In this document: positions 9,956-19,450 of the stretch, piece after piece
How the letters are laid out: each line of letters opens with the position of its first letter
Numbering within the stretch: position 1 is the stretch's first letter
NCBI GenBank assembly: GCA_038087875.1
Contig: JAXLNO010000078.1
Coordinates: forward strand, 47,004 to 67,003
Source of the DNA: Malacoraja senta
Taxonomy: Eukaryota
DNA length: 20,000 bases
Direction: 5' to 3'
Notes under the pieces: model-generated
What the model was told of the DNA's origin: nothing
What the model saw: the letters and a program-made list of their open reading frames with translations, nothing else
Database searches by the model: none
Made by a program: the position numbers and the translations under genes

Positions 9956-10333
9956 GACCACTGTAATCCTTATTCATTCAATGAATTCTAAGTGCACTCC
10001 ATACCTTGATATGATCCATAATAGGTAAATAAACTTTTGTTACCCTGCTACAACATCATTAAATGTTTGCACAGTTGCCGGAAAGGAAAGTGAAAATTAC
10101 TGTAATGGAATAAAAGAAAAACGTGGAAGCTAAAACCTTTTATATTTCTCCACCGGAATGTTGACTGTTGCTCGTCGCACAGATAATGGTTCTCCAGCAT
10201 TTACTTTTTCCAGTTCAGATCAGCACATTTGTTACTTGATCTTCACCTTACTATCTGAATGAAGGTGGCAATTGCATAGTTTAACAACCTGCGACTCCTA
10301 AACTAGTATGAAGCAAAGAATAGGTTGTGTAAA

Positions 10334-10546
10334 CAGGCCCGTACGAAGGTTTACCAAATGGGGGTGGCATGACAGGATTACAAAAGAATTAATGTAAAAT
10401 AATGTGCGTGGAGTCCCTCGATGCCAGGGTCCAGGGCCCGCTTTAGGGCCCAGGAAGTCCAGGGGTTTTAGATGCTCTCTGATGCATCCTGAGCCTTATT
10501 TTGGAGCGTTTTTGCAGCAAATCTATGACCAATATTTCAGAAATTT
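10334..10546. mobile_element. Possible MITE/DNA-transposon fragment
   Basis: Starts CAGGCCCGTACGAAGG...GGGGGTGGCA (TIR-like) and contains GGGTCCAGGGCCCGCTTTAGGGCCC...GATGCTCTCTGATGCATCCTGAGCCTTATTTTG. It is cut by a CR1 at about 10547, and no matching right TIR was found. Confidence 0.35.
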
Positions 10547-10794
10547 ACAGGAATCTGAGAGGTAGCTTTTTCACACAACGGGTGGTGGGTGTATGGAACG
10601 AGCTGCCAGAGGAGGTAGTTAAGGCTGGGACTATCCTAATATTTAAGAGACATTTTCACACGTACATGGATAGGAGAGGTTTAGATGGATATGGGCCAAA
10701 CGCGCGTGAGTGGGTCTAGTGTAGCTGGGAATGTTGGTCGGTGTGGGCAAGTTAGGCTGAAGGGCCTGTTTCCACACTGCACCACTCTATGACT
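10547..10794 (+). mobile_element. CR1 LINE 3' fragment
   Basis: RNLRGSFFTQRVVGVWNELPEEVV...YGPNA, then a 3' UTR GAAGGGCCTGTTTCCACACTG...CTCTATGACT. Confidence 0.9.
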
Positions 10795-10939
10795 AAAAAG
10801 TTAAGAAGAAAAATGCATGTAGATAAGTAGAGCAGATTTGAAAGAGGAGTGAAATGTAAAGGCGGAGAGAGGTTTATGGGTGGAAAGGAACATAGGAAAG
10901 GAGGGGAGGGTGGGCTTGGGCAGATGGATGAACGGAAAA

Positions 10940-11097
10940 TAGACACAAAGTGCTGGAGTAACTCAGTGGGTCAGGCAGCATCTGTGGAGAACATGGATCG
11001 GTGACGTTTCACGGAGTGCTGGTGTAACTCAGTGGGTCAGGCAGCATCTCTGGAGAAAAGGTATAGATTATATTTCGAGTCAAGCCCCCTTTTCAGT
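10940..11097 (-). mobile_element. Penelope-associated tail, dimeric form, with degenerate hammerhead-like motif
   Basis: Two copies of GTGCTGG(A/T)GTAACTCAGTGGGTCAGGCAGCATCT. The minus strand begins ACTGAAAAGGGGGCTTGACTCGAAATA. Confidence 0.75.
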
Positions 11098-11280
11098 AAT
11101 ATGCATGATGTGACATGCATAGACATTCCTGCATGTCACCCAAACCATCGTGAACTACTTTGTGACGATGCTTGCCCTTCCCTACAACGTCTCTGCTGCC
11201 TTGGGTGATGCAGGACAGGACACGAACTTTGGGACATGGTGTGAAGCTGTTGCAGTATGTCCCAGCCTGGTAAAAGCCTG

Positions 11281-11530
11281 GATGGAGTGGATGTGGAGAG
11301 GATGTTTCCACGAGTGGGAGAGTCTAGGACCAGTGGCCACAGCCTCAGAATTAAAAGACGTCCCTTTAGGAAGGATATGAGCAGAGGGTGGTGAACTGTG
11401 GAATTCATTGCCACAGACAGCTGTGGAGGCAAGTGGACATTTTTCAGAAGGAGATTGATAGATTCGTGATTGATACGGGTGTCAGAGGTAATGGGGAGGG
11501 CAGGAGAATGGGTTTGAGAGGGAAAGATAT
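11281..11530 (+). mobile_element. CR1 LINE 3' fragment with internal deletions
   Basis: GTGGATGTGGAGAGGATGTTTCCA...GGCCACAGCCTCAGAAT...AGAGGGTGGTGAACTGTGGAATTCATTGCCACAG. Confidence 0.85.
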
Positions 11531-12527
11531 ATAGTCATAGAGTGATACAGTGTGGAAACAGGCCCTTCGGCCCAGCATGTCCCATCTACACTAGTCCCAC
11601 CTGCCCACGTTTGATCCATATCCCTCCAAACCTGTCCTATCCATGCACCTGCCTAACTGTTTCTTAAATGTTGCGGTTGTCCCTGCCTCAATTACCTCAT
11701 CTGGCAGCTTGTTCCATACACCTACCACCCCTTGTGTGAAAAATATACCCCTCAGATTCCTATTAAATCTTTTCCCCTTCATCTTAAACTTATATCCTCT
11801 GCTCCTCGATTCACCTACTCTGGGCAAAAGACTCAAGAGAGTTCAAGAGAGTTTTATTGTCATGTGTCCCTGATAGGACAATGAAATGCTTGCTTTGCTT
11901 TAGCACACCAGAACATAGTAGGCACGAATACTGAACAGATCAGTGTGTCCATATACAATTGCATAAATATATACACACATGAATAATTAAACTGATAAAG
12001 TGCAAATAAACAGATTATTGGCTATTAATGTTCAGAGTTTTGTCCGAGCCGAGATTAATAGCCTGATGGCTGTGGGGAAGTAGCTGTTCCTGAACCTGGT
12101 CGTTGCAGTTTTCAGGCTCCTGTACCTTCTACCTGAAGGTAGTGGGGAGATGAGTGTATGGCCCGGACCTGATCTATTAAAATAATGATTTTATACACCT
12201 CTATTAGATCATCCCTCATCCTCCTGTGCTCCATTAAATAGATGTATGGAGTCAACCTGATCTATTCAAATCATGATTTTATACACCTCTATTAGATCAT
12301 CCCTCATCCTCCTGCGCTCCATGAAATAGAGTCCCAGCCTACTCATCCTCTCCCTATAGCTCTGGCCCTCTAGTCCTTGCAACATCCTCGTAAATCTTCA
12401 CTGTACCCTTTCCAGTTTGATGACATATTTCCTATAACATGGTGCCCAGAACTGAACACAATACTCTGAATGCGGCCTCACCAACTTCTTATCCAAATGC
12501 AACATGACCTCCAACTTCTATACTCAG
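11531..12527 (-). mobile_element. CR1 LINE (minus strand) interrupted by a Rex1 3' fragment
   Basis: ORF 11591-11836(-) reads SRSRGYKFKMKGKRFNRNLRGIFFTQGVVGVWNKLP, with the tail at 11531. The element resumes at about 12167-12527 with an RPH.EYCVQFWAP-like region. Confidence 0.88.
11835..12166 (-). mobile_element. Rex1/Babar 3' end fragment
   Basis: The minus strand encodes PGHTLISPLPSGRRYRSLKTATTRFRNSYFPTAIRLLI, followed by a 3' UTR with AATAAA and an (AACTCTCTTG)2 tail near 11835-11858. Confidence 0.88.
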
Positions 12528-12568
12528 CCTGACCCGCTGAGTTACTCCAGCACTCTGCGAAACATCAC

Positions 12569-13384
12569 AGAACAGGGCAAGATTAACAAGTTTGCTGATG
12601 ATACAGATGTGAGTGGTTTTGCAGATAGTGGATGTGGTTGTGAAAGATTGCAGCAGGATCTGGATCAATTAGCCAGGTGGGCAGAGGAATGGTTGATGGT
12701 TGCATGGTTCCTTGAAGGTCGAGTCGCAGGTATATCAGGTGGTCAAAAAGTATTTTGGCATTTTGGCCTTCATCAGTCAGAGTATTGAGTAAAGAGGTTG
12801 GGAGGTCATGTTGCAGTTGTATAAGACGTTCGTGAGACCGCATTTAGAATATTGTGTTCAGTTCTGGGCATCATGTTATAGGGAAGATGTCAAACTGGAA
12901 GGAGTACAGGGAAGATTTATGAGGATGTTGCCAGGACTAGAGGGTGTGAGCTATCGGGAGAGTTTGAGTAAGTTGGGACTCTATTCCATGGAGCGCAGGA
13001 GGATGAGGGGGAATCTTATAGAGGTGTACAAAATCATTAGAGGAATAGTTCGGGTAGATGCACAGTCTTTTGCCCAGAGTAGGGGAATCGAGGACCAGAT
13101 AACATAGGTTCAAGGTAAAGCGGTAAAGATTTAATAGGAATCCGAACGGTAACTTTTTCACACAAAGGGTGGTGGGTGTGTGGAACGAGCTGCCAGAGGA
13201 GGTAGTTGAGGTTGGGACTATCCCATCGTTTAAGAAACAGTTACGCAGGTACATGGATAGGACAGGTTTGGAGGGATATGACCAACCGCAGGCAAGTGGA
13301 ATTAGTGTAGTTGGGACATTGTTAGCCGGTGTGGGCAAATTGGGCCAAAGGGCCTGTTTCCACACTGTGTCACTCTATGACTAT
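12569..13384 (+). mobile_element. 5'-truncated CR1 LINE with internal deletion
   Basis: INKFADDT...LQQDLDQLARWAEEWLM; LQLYKTFVRPHLEYCVQFW; ERRRMRGNLIEVYKII; VVGVWNELPEEVV; tail CTCTATGACTAT. Confidence 0.92.
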
Positions 13385-13414
13385 CCATGTTCTCCAGAGA
13401 TGCTGCCTGACCCA

Positions 13415-14850
13415 TTGCGGCAGATTGTGCTTCCTCAGCTGCCGTAGGAAGAACATCCTCTGTTGTGCCTTTTTGACTGTGGAGTCAAACGTAGCCCCCC
13501 ACTTAAGGTCATTGGAGATGATGGTTCCCAGGAATTTAAAAGACTCCACAGATGTGACTGTGGTGTTGTTGAGGGTGAGTGGGGCGAGGGGAGGGGATGC
13601 TCTCCTAAAGTCTGCAATCAATTCCACTGTCTTAAGAGCATTGAGCTCCAGGTTGTTGCTACGGCACTAGGACGCCAGCAGTGACACTTCCTGTCTGCAG
13701 GCAGATTCCTCCCCATCCTGGATCAGTCCAATCAGGGTTGTGTCGTCCGCAAACCTGATAAGCTTGACAGATGTGTCTGTGGTGATGCAGTCATTGGTGT
13801 AGAGAGAGTAGAGGAGAGGGGGGAGTACGCAGCCTTGCGGTGCTCCTATGCTGAGCGTTTGCGGGTCCGATATGTGCTTTCCCAGCCTCACACGCTGCTT
13901 CCTGTCTGTCAGAAAGTTGGTGATCCACCGACAGAGGGGTTCAGGCACAGTGAACTCGGAAAGTTTGGAGTGTGGTAGCTCTGGCACAATGCAGAGCTAA
14001 TATCAACAACTAAAATCCTCGCAAAGGTCCCCTGGCGTTCTAGGTGCTGGAGGATGAAGTGCAGGCCCAGATTGACTGCGTCATCCACAGATCTATTGGG
14101 CCAATATGCAAACTGCAGGGGGATTGTGATATTTTTCAGCTTCGCCAGCACAAGCCTTTCGAGTGTCTTCATGACTACAGAGGTCAGTGCGACAGGCCTG
14201 TAGTCATTAAGACAAGTAATCCTTGCCTTTTTGGGTACAGGGACAATAGTGGGGACTTTGAAACAGGCAGGGACAATACATGTTTGCAGGGACTGGTAAA
14301 AATTGTCTGTGAGATTTCCGGCTTTTCTGTCTTCTGAAAAGCCTCTCCACCTCCTCTATTTTAATTGTTGATGAAGTGATGTTGTTCAGCAAGGAGGGAG
14401 TGGGTAATTGGGTGTGAAGTCGTGATTGGAGTGGCGTGGGTGTAGAAGGGTCCAGTCTTTGCAGACTGAGGTCAGGCTGTGAGTGGGTGTGAAGTGTTGG
14501 TTGGGGTGGGAAAGGGTCCAGTCTTTTCATACTGGAGTCTTGCCTTATGTAGGTGTGAAGTGGTGAATGGGAAGGAGAGGGTGCAGGGTCCATTCTTTGC
14601 AGACTGGGGTCTGGCTGTGTTTGTTGGGAGGGGGTACCAGGGATACGTTTCTGATTTTCAAACCTGCAGTAAAATTCATTCAGTTCGTTGGTCAGCTGAC
14701 GATTATCCAAAGAGCGGGCGGCTTTCCTCTAATAGCTGGTGATTTCTTGCATGCCCTTCCAAACTGAAGAAGAGTCACTGGCTGAGAACTTGCACCTCAA
14801 CTTCTCAGAGTACATTTTCTTGGCAGCTCTGATTCCTCTTCTCAGCTCTT
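13415..14850 (-). mobile_element. Degenerate Rex1/Babar element (internal RT region, truncated at both ends)
   Basis: Minus-strand ORFs give [22 protein letters not shown]...[34 protein letters not shown]...RFADDTTLIG and KKAQQRMFFLRQLRK. Frameshifts and deletions are present. Confidence 0.93.
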
Positions 14851-14967
14851 TATCGATTAGGCTATCTTTTAACTTTAACGATTAGGCTATCGCCTTGACG
14901 CATATTTGGTTTCTCCTTTCTCCCTCCCACGCAACGTTGGAAGGCCCGCGGCGGCGGAGGGGGGGGG

Positions 14968-15202
14968 GAGAGGCGAGTGTCCGCGACGGAGGGGTGGAGA
15001 GGCGAGGGTCCGCAGCGAGGGGGGGGGAGAGGCGAGGCTCTGCGGCGGGGGCGGAAGGAGAGGCGAGGGTCCGCGTGAGGGGGAGAGGCGAGTGTCCGCG
15101 GGGGGGGGGGGGCTGAGAGGTGAGTGTCCGCGGTGGGGGGAGGGTTGAGAGGCGAGGGTCCGCGGCGGTGGAGAGGCGACGATCCGTGACGGGGCTGGGG
15201 GG
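14968..15202. repeat. GC-rich minisatellite, eight units of ~24-32 bp
   Basis: Core GAGAGGCGAG(G/T)GTCCGCG plus a variable G-run, starting near 14968, 14997, 15027, 15058, 15083, 15115, 15147 and 15171. CpG-rich with many G-tracts. Confidence 0.92.
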
Positions 15203-15784
15203 TGACGTGGGCGGAAGATGGCGTGTGCCCAGTGTCTATTGTTGCGGCCTATATTTTCTTTCACTGCGAGTTTTAAGTTACTGCCTCTGATGATTCTACT
15301 GTTGACCGGAAGGTGTCTGGTTGTCGGAATATTACAGGGAACAAACAGAACAATAGAAAGAAAAGTGTATTCAAATGACGCATTGTCGTATATGCTATCA
15401 TCTGTTTTTTATTATCCGTGAACATCTCATTCATTAACAAGTTTCTGTTCGCTCTAATGTACAATGATATATATTTTCATTATAATAACGGCAAACGTCC
15501 GTTTCATGTGGTTATGGCGGTAGATATTTTATCTCACAAAAGTTTACAAGTATCGACATGAATCAATCTTGATTGAAAGGTTGGATGAAAGGTTCGGACG
15601 GTCACGGTTGGTCTGCGACAGAGTTGCTGCCTTACAGCGAATGCAGCGCCGGGGACACGGGTTCGATCCCGACTAAGGGCGCTGTTTGTACGGAGTTTGT
15701 ACGTTCTCTCCGTGACCTGCGTGGGTTTTCTCCGATTTATTCGGGTTTCCTCCCACACTCCAAAGACGTACAGGTTTGTAGGTT
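15133..15784 (+). repeat. Segment A of local duplication (inverted copy at 17757-18408)
   Basis: Near-identical reverse-complement match, with only a handful of substitutions and indels by eye. ORFs 15534-15758(-) and 17783-18007(+) translate identically. Confidence 0.95.
15201..15223 (+). promoter_or_regulatory. Promoter-like motif cluster (CRE half-site, GC box, ETS, YY1/ATG)
   Basis: GGTGACGTGGGCGGAAGATGGCG contains overlapping TGACGT, GGGCGG, CGGAAG and AAGATGGCG. An inverted copy lies at about 18316-18338. Confidence 0.45.
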
Positions 15785-15919
15785 AATTGGCTTTGAAAAT
15801 GTTTTTTTTAATTGTCCCTTGTCGGTGTAGGATCGTGTTCATGTGCGGGGATCGCTAGTTGGCACGGACCCGACGGGCCGAAGGGCCTGTTTCCGCGCTG
15901 TTTCTCTAAAACTAAACTG
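15596..15919 (+). mobile_element. tRNA-derived V-SINE (HE1-like), full length
   Basis: tRNA-like head with B box GGTTCGATCCC (15660-15670), V-domain GGAGTTTGTACGTTCTC...GGTTTCCTCCCACACTCCAAAGAC, and a CR1-like 3' end GGGCCGAAGGGCCTGTTTCCGCGCTG with a (CTAAA)n tail. Confidence 0.92.
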
Positions 15920-16036
15920 TACAAATTAAAAAAATAATCTCTATTTCAATAACACACACCATTCGCTTTATGTATTATTATGCAAAAATATGAAGATTAC
16001 TCTGGGGCAATGCAAGAAGGTATTTTAAGAGAAATG

Positions 16037-17077
16037 CCACATGCGTTTCTTGCAGACGATAATTGTTATTTGGTATAAACGTATTAAAAATCGAAATGAT
16101 TGTTCAAAATTGAATATATTTCCAAGGGAAGGATCATTGTAAAACATGTTAGCATACGTTCTGAAATCTGTAACATAATGTTTGCAGCAAGGAGAAAGGA
16201 AAAGTTGTGCTTATGATGGACGTCCCCTTTCTTGAGTAAACGTAGTTTCCCCGCTGCTATGATGGGTGCATCATCACCCACATCTCCTCTGGGTCTTGCA
16301 GTTCTGCTCTCGCTCCCCTTGCCTTCGCACGGAACTACAAAATGGTTCCCCAGATCCTTAAATTTCAGCCACCTGCATCCTTATCCAACACATTATTCTC
16401 CATATCTACCCCACACATCTTCCCATCCCCACTACCTCTCGGCTTCCATAAAGACCGCCCTCCCTTATCCGTTTGCAGCCTAACCACCCTCTCCCCAGGT
16501 ACCATCCCCTACAGCACAGGAGATGTAACACCTGTCATTATACCTCATGCCTTACATCCGTCCAATGCCACCAGTAGTCCTTCTACGTGAGAAAGGTTCG
16601 CATGCACCTCCACTGACGTCATCTGCTGGTTTTGGTGCGCCCGAGGTGGACGCTTTACTTCGGAAAGACCAAGCGTTGATGAGGCGACCATCTCACCGAA
16701 TACTTGCTCTCGGTCGGGGAGGTGGTACACCATATTCCGGTTATTAAACATTAAAACTCGATTACCCATTCCCACATGCATTCGTGTATTTGGCCTCCTT
16801 CGTTGTTAGAGTAATGCCACACGTAAGTGTTGGAACACCATCTCATACTCCGCTTGGATATTTTACAAATTAACGGTATGAGCACTGAACCCTTCAATAT
16901 TTGGTAACTAACCGAAACTACTACTCCCCCCTTCGACCCCCACCCTCTACCCCCCCTGCAATTCGCCCCAACAGCCTTCGCACTCGTGTCTCCCTTCCCT
17001 CTATCCACGTGAAACCATCCGCCGATCAACCCCCTTCACCTATCCACCTACCATGCCAGACTTTGTCCCAATCTCAA
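16037..17077 (+). repeat. Segment B of local duplication (direct copy at 18405-19450)
   Basis: Direct match from CCACATGCGTTTCTTGCAGACG to CCCAATCTCAA, roughly 98% identical by manual comparison. Confidence 0.95.
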
Positions 17078-17230
17078 CTCTCTTCCATCTTTCTACACAG
17101 GAACAACCACAATCAGTGTGAATAATTCCCTGACCAGAAGAGTTAACGAACCATGTTCTCCAAAGGTACTGTACGACGCTGTAAATTACACCAGCAACTT
17201 GTGTCTGCAATATCTGCAGTTTCTTGTGTC
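16210..17230 (+). mobile_element. Old Penelope-like element remnant (GIY-YIG endonuclease region and tail)
   Basis: Degenerate PGTIP..RRCNTC and F.CTSTDVICWFWC.R...(Y)FGKTKR...DHLTEYL.SV, corresponding to the Cys-linker/GIY-YIG region, followed by a degenerate tail (...GTTCTCCAAAGGTACTG...ATTACACCAGCAACTTGTGTCT). Confidence 0.75.
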
Positions 17231-17544
17231 TTCATATGTGTGAACGTATTGAATTGGGTGTTAGCCCGTGTTAAACGAATCCAGATATAGCACCACCTTC
17301 CCTGATGATTTTCAACGTACACGACAATTGATCTTCCGCTTTTTTCATCCCCCGTCTCTCTCGGGTAAGAGGATTGTTGCACCCCGATTTGCACAGTAAT
17401 CTTGAACGTCACAGCTTTCTATATATTCCCCCAATTAATTACGCTCTGTCACATTTGATCTGATGACGATCATCTGCATAATATTTTTCACCGTATGACG
17501 ACTCCCAACGCTTCCACCCCAACTATCGATCACCCTGGCAAACT

Positions 17545-17759
17545 TGGTCTGTGTTGTTCCACTTTGTCCATTCAGGTGCTACAAACAAGAGGCAACTTAC
17601 AGATGCCAATTAACCTGCCAACTTGAAAGTCTTTGTGATGTGGGAAGAAGTCGGAACATCCAGTGGAAACTGCATTCACATTGAGGATGTGCAAATTCCA
17701 GACAGATATCATGCGAGGTGAATGTCAAACTTGGGTCAAGAGCTCGGTGAGGTAGCAAC
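17545..17759 (-). mobile_element. Old degenerate V-SINE
   Basis: GGCAACTTACAGATGCCAATTAACCTG...GTCTTTGTGATGTGGGAAGAAGTCGGAACATCCAG...GCAAATTCCAGACAGA...GTGAGGTAGCAAC is a diverged reverse complement of the V-SINE body. Confidence 0.75.
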
Positions 17760-18408
17760 CTACAAACCTGTACGTCTTTGGAGTGTGGGAGGAAACCCGA
17801 ATAAATAGGAGAAAACCCACGCAGGTCACGGAGAGAACGTACAAACTCCGTACAAACAGCGCCCTTAGTCGGGATCGAACCCGTGTCCCCGGCGCTGCAT
17901 TCGCTGTAAGGCAGCAACTCTGTCGCAGACCAACCGTGACCGTCCGAACCTTTCATCCAACCTTTCAATCAAGATTGATTCATGTCGATACTTGTAAACT
18001 TTTGTGAGATAAAATATCTACCGCCATAACCACATGAAACGGACCTTTGCAGTTATTATAATGAAAATATATATCATTGTACATTAGAGCGAACAGAAAC
18101 TTCTTAATGAATAAGATGTTCACGGATAATAAAACAGATGATAGCATATACGACAATGCGTCATTTGAATACACTTTTCTTTCTATTGTTCTGTTTGTTC
18201 CCTGTAATATTCCGACAACCAGACACCTTCCGGTCAACAGTAGAATCATCAGAGGCAGTAACTTAAAACTCGCAGTGAAAGAAAATATAGCCCGCAACAA
18301 TAGACACTGGGCACACGCCATCTTCCGCCCACGTCACCCCCCCCCCCCCACCCCCGTCACGGATCCTCGCCTCTCCCCCGCCGCGGACACTCGCCTCTCA
18401 CCCCCCAC
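17757..18408 (-). repeat. Inverted copy of segment A (3'-truncated V-SINE at 17757-17945, promoter-like cluster, two minisatellite units)
   Basis: Reverse complement of 15133-15784. Confidence 0.95.
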
Positions 18409-19450
18409 ATGCGTTTCTTGCAGACGATAATTGTTATTTCGTATAAAGGTATTAAAAATCGAAATGATTGTTCAAAATTGAATATATTTCCAAGGGTAGG
18501 ATCATTGTAAAAAATGTTAGCATACGTTCTGAAATCTGTAACATAATGTTTCCAGCAAGGAGAAAGGAAAAGTTGTGCTTTTGGTGGACGTCCCCTTTCT
18601 TGAGTAAACGTAGTTTCCCCGCTGCTATGATGGGTGCATCATCACCCACATCTCCTCTGGGTCTTGCAGTTCTGCTCTCGCTCCCCTTGCTTTCGCACGG
18701 AACTACAAAATGGTTCCCCAGGTCCTTAAATGTCAGCCACCTGTATCCTTATCCAACACATTATTCTCCATATCTACCCCACACATCTTCCCATCCCCAT
18801 TACCTCTCGGCTTCCATAAAGACCGCCCTCCCTTATCCGTTTGCAGCCTAACCACCCTCTCCCCAGGTACCATCCCCTACAGCACAGGAGATGTAACACC
18901 TGTCATTATACCTCATGCCTTACATCCGTCCAATGCCACCAGTAGTCCTTCTACGTGAGAAAGGTTCGCATGCACCTCCACTGACGTCATCTGCTTGTTT
19001 TGGTGCGCCCGAGGTGGACGCTTTACTTCGGAAAGACCAAGCGTTGATGAGGCGACCATCTCACCGAATACCTGCTCTCGGTCGGGGAGGTGGTACACCA
19101 TATTCCGGTTATTAAACATTAAAACTCGATTACCCATTCCCACATGCATTCGTGTATTTGGCCTCCTTCGTTGTTAGAGTAATGCCACACGTAAGTGTTG
19201 GAACACCATCTCATACTCCGCTTGAATATTTTACAAATTAACGGTATGAGCACTGAACCCTTCAATATTTGGTAACTAACCGAAACTACTACTCCCCCCT
19301 TCGACCCCCACCCTCTACCGCCCCCCCCCTGCAATTCGCCCCAACAGCCTTCGCACTCGTGTCTCCCTTCCCTCTATCCACGTGAAACCATCCGCCGATC
19401 AACCCCCTTCACCTATCCACCTACCATGCCAGACTTTGTCCCAATCTCAA
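18405..19450 (+). repeat. Direct copy of segment B (includes duplicated Penelope remnant)
   Basis: Matches 16037-17077. The paired ORFs in the track are nearly identical. Confidence 0.95.

Noticed and set aside
14887..15264. Pro-rich and Gly/Arg-rich ORFs
   Set aside because: They are translations of the GC-rich minisatellite.
15596..15680. tRNA gene
   Set aside because: The B box is present, but it is the head of a V-SINE with a degenerate A box and no full cloverleaf.
17460..17500. Minus-strand TATGCAGATGAT (YADD) as another LINE remnant
   Set aside because: A single short motif with no supporting flanking similarity that I could recognise.
16084..19334. Pairs of near-identical short ORFs suggesting a conserved gene family
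   Set aside because: The identity is explained by the recent DNA duplication of a decayed Penelope remnant and SINE.
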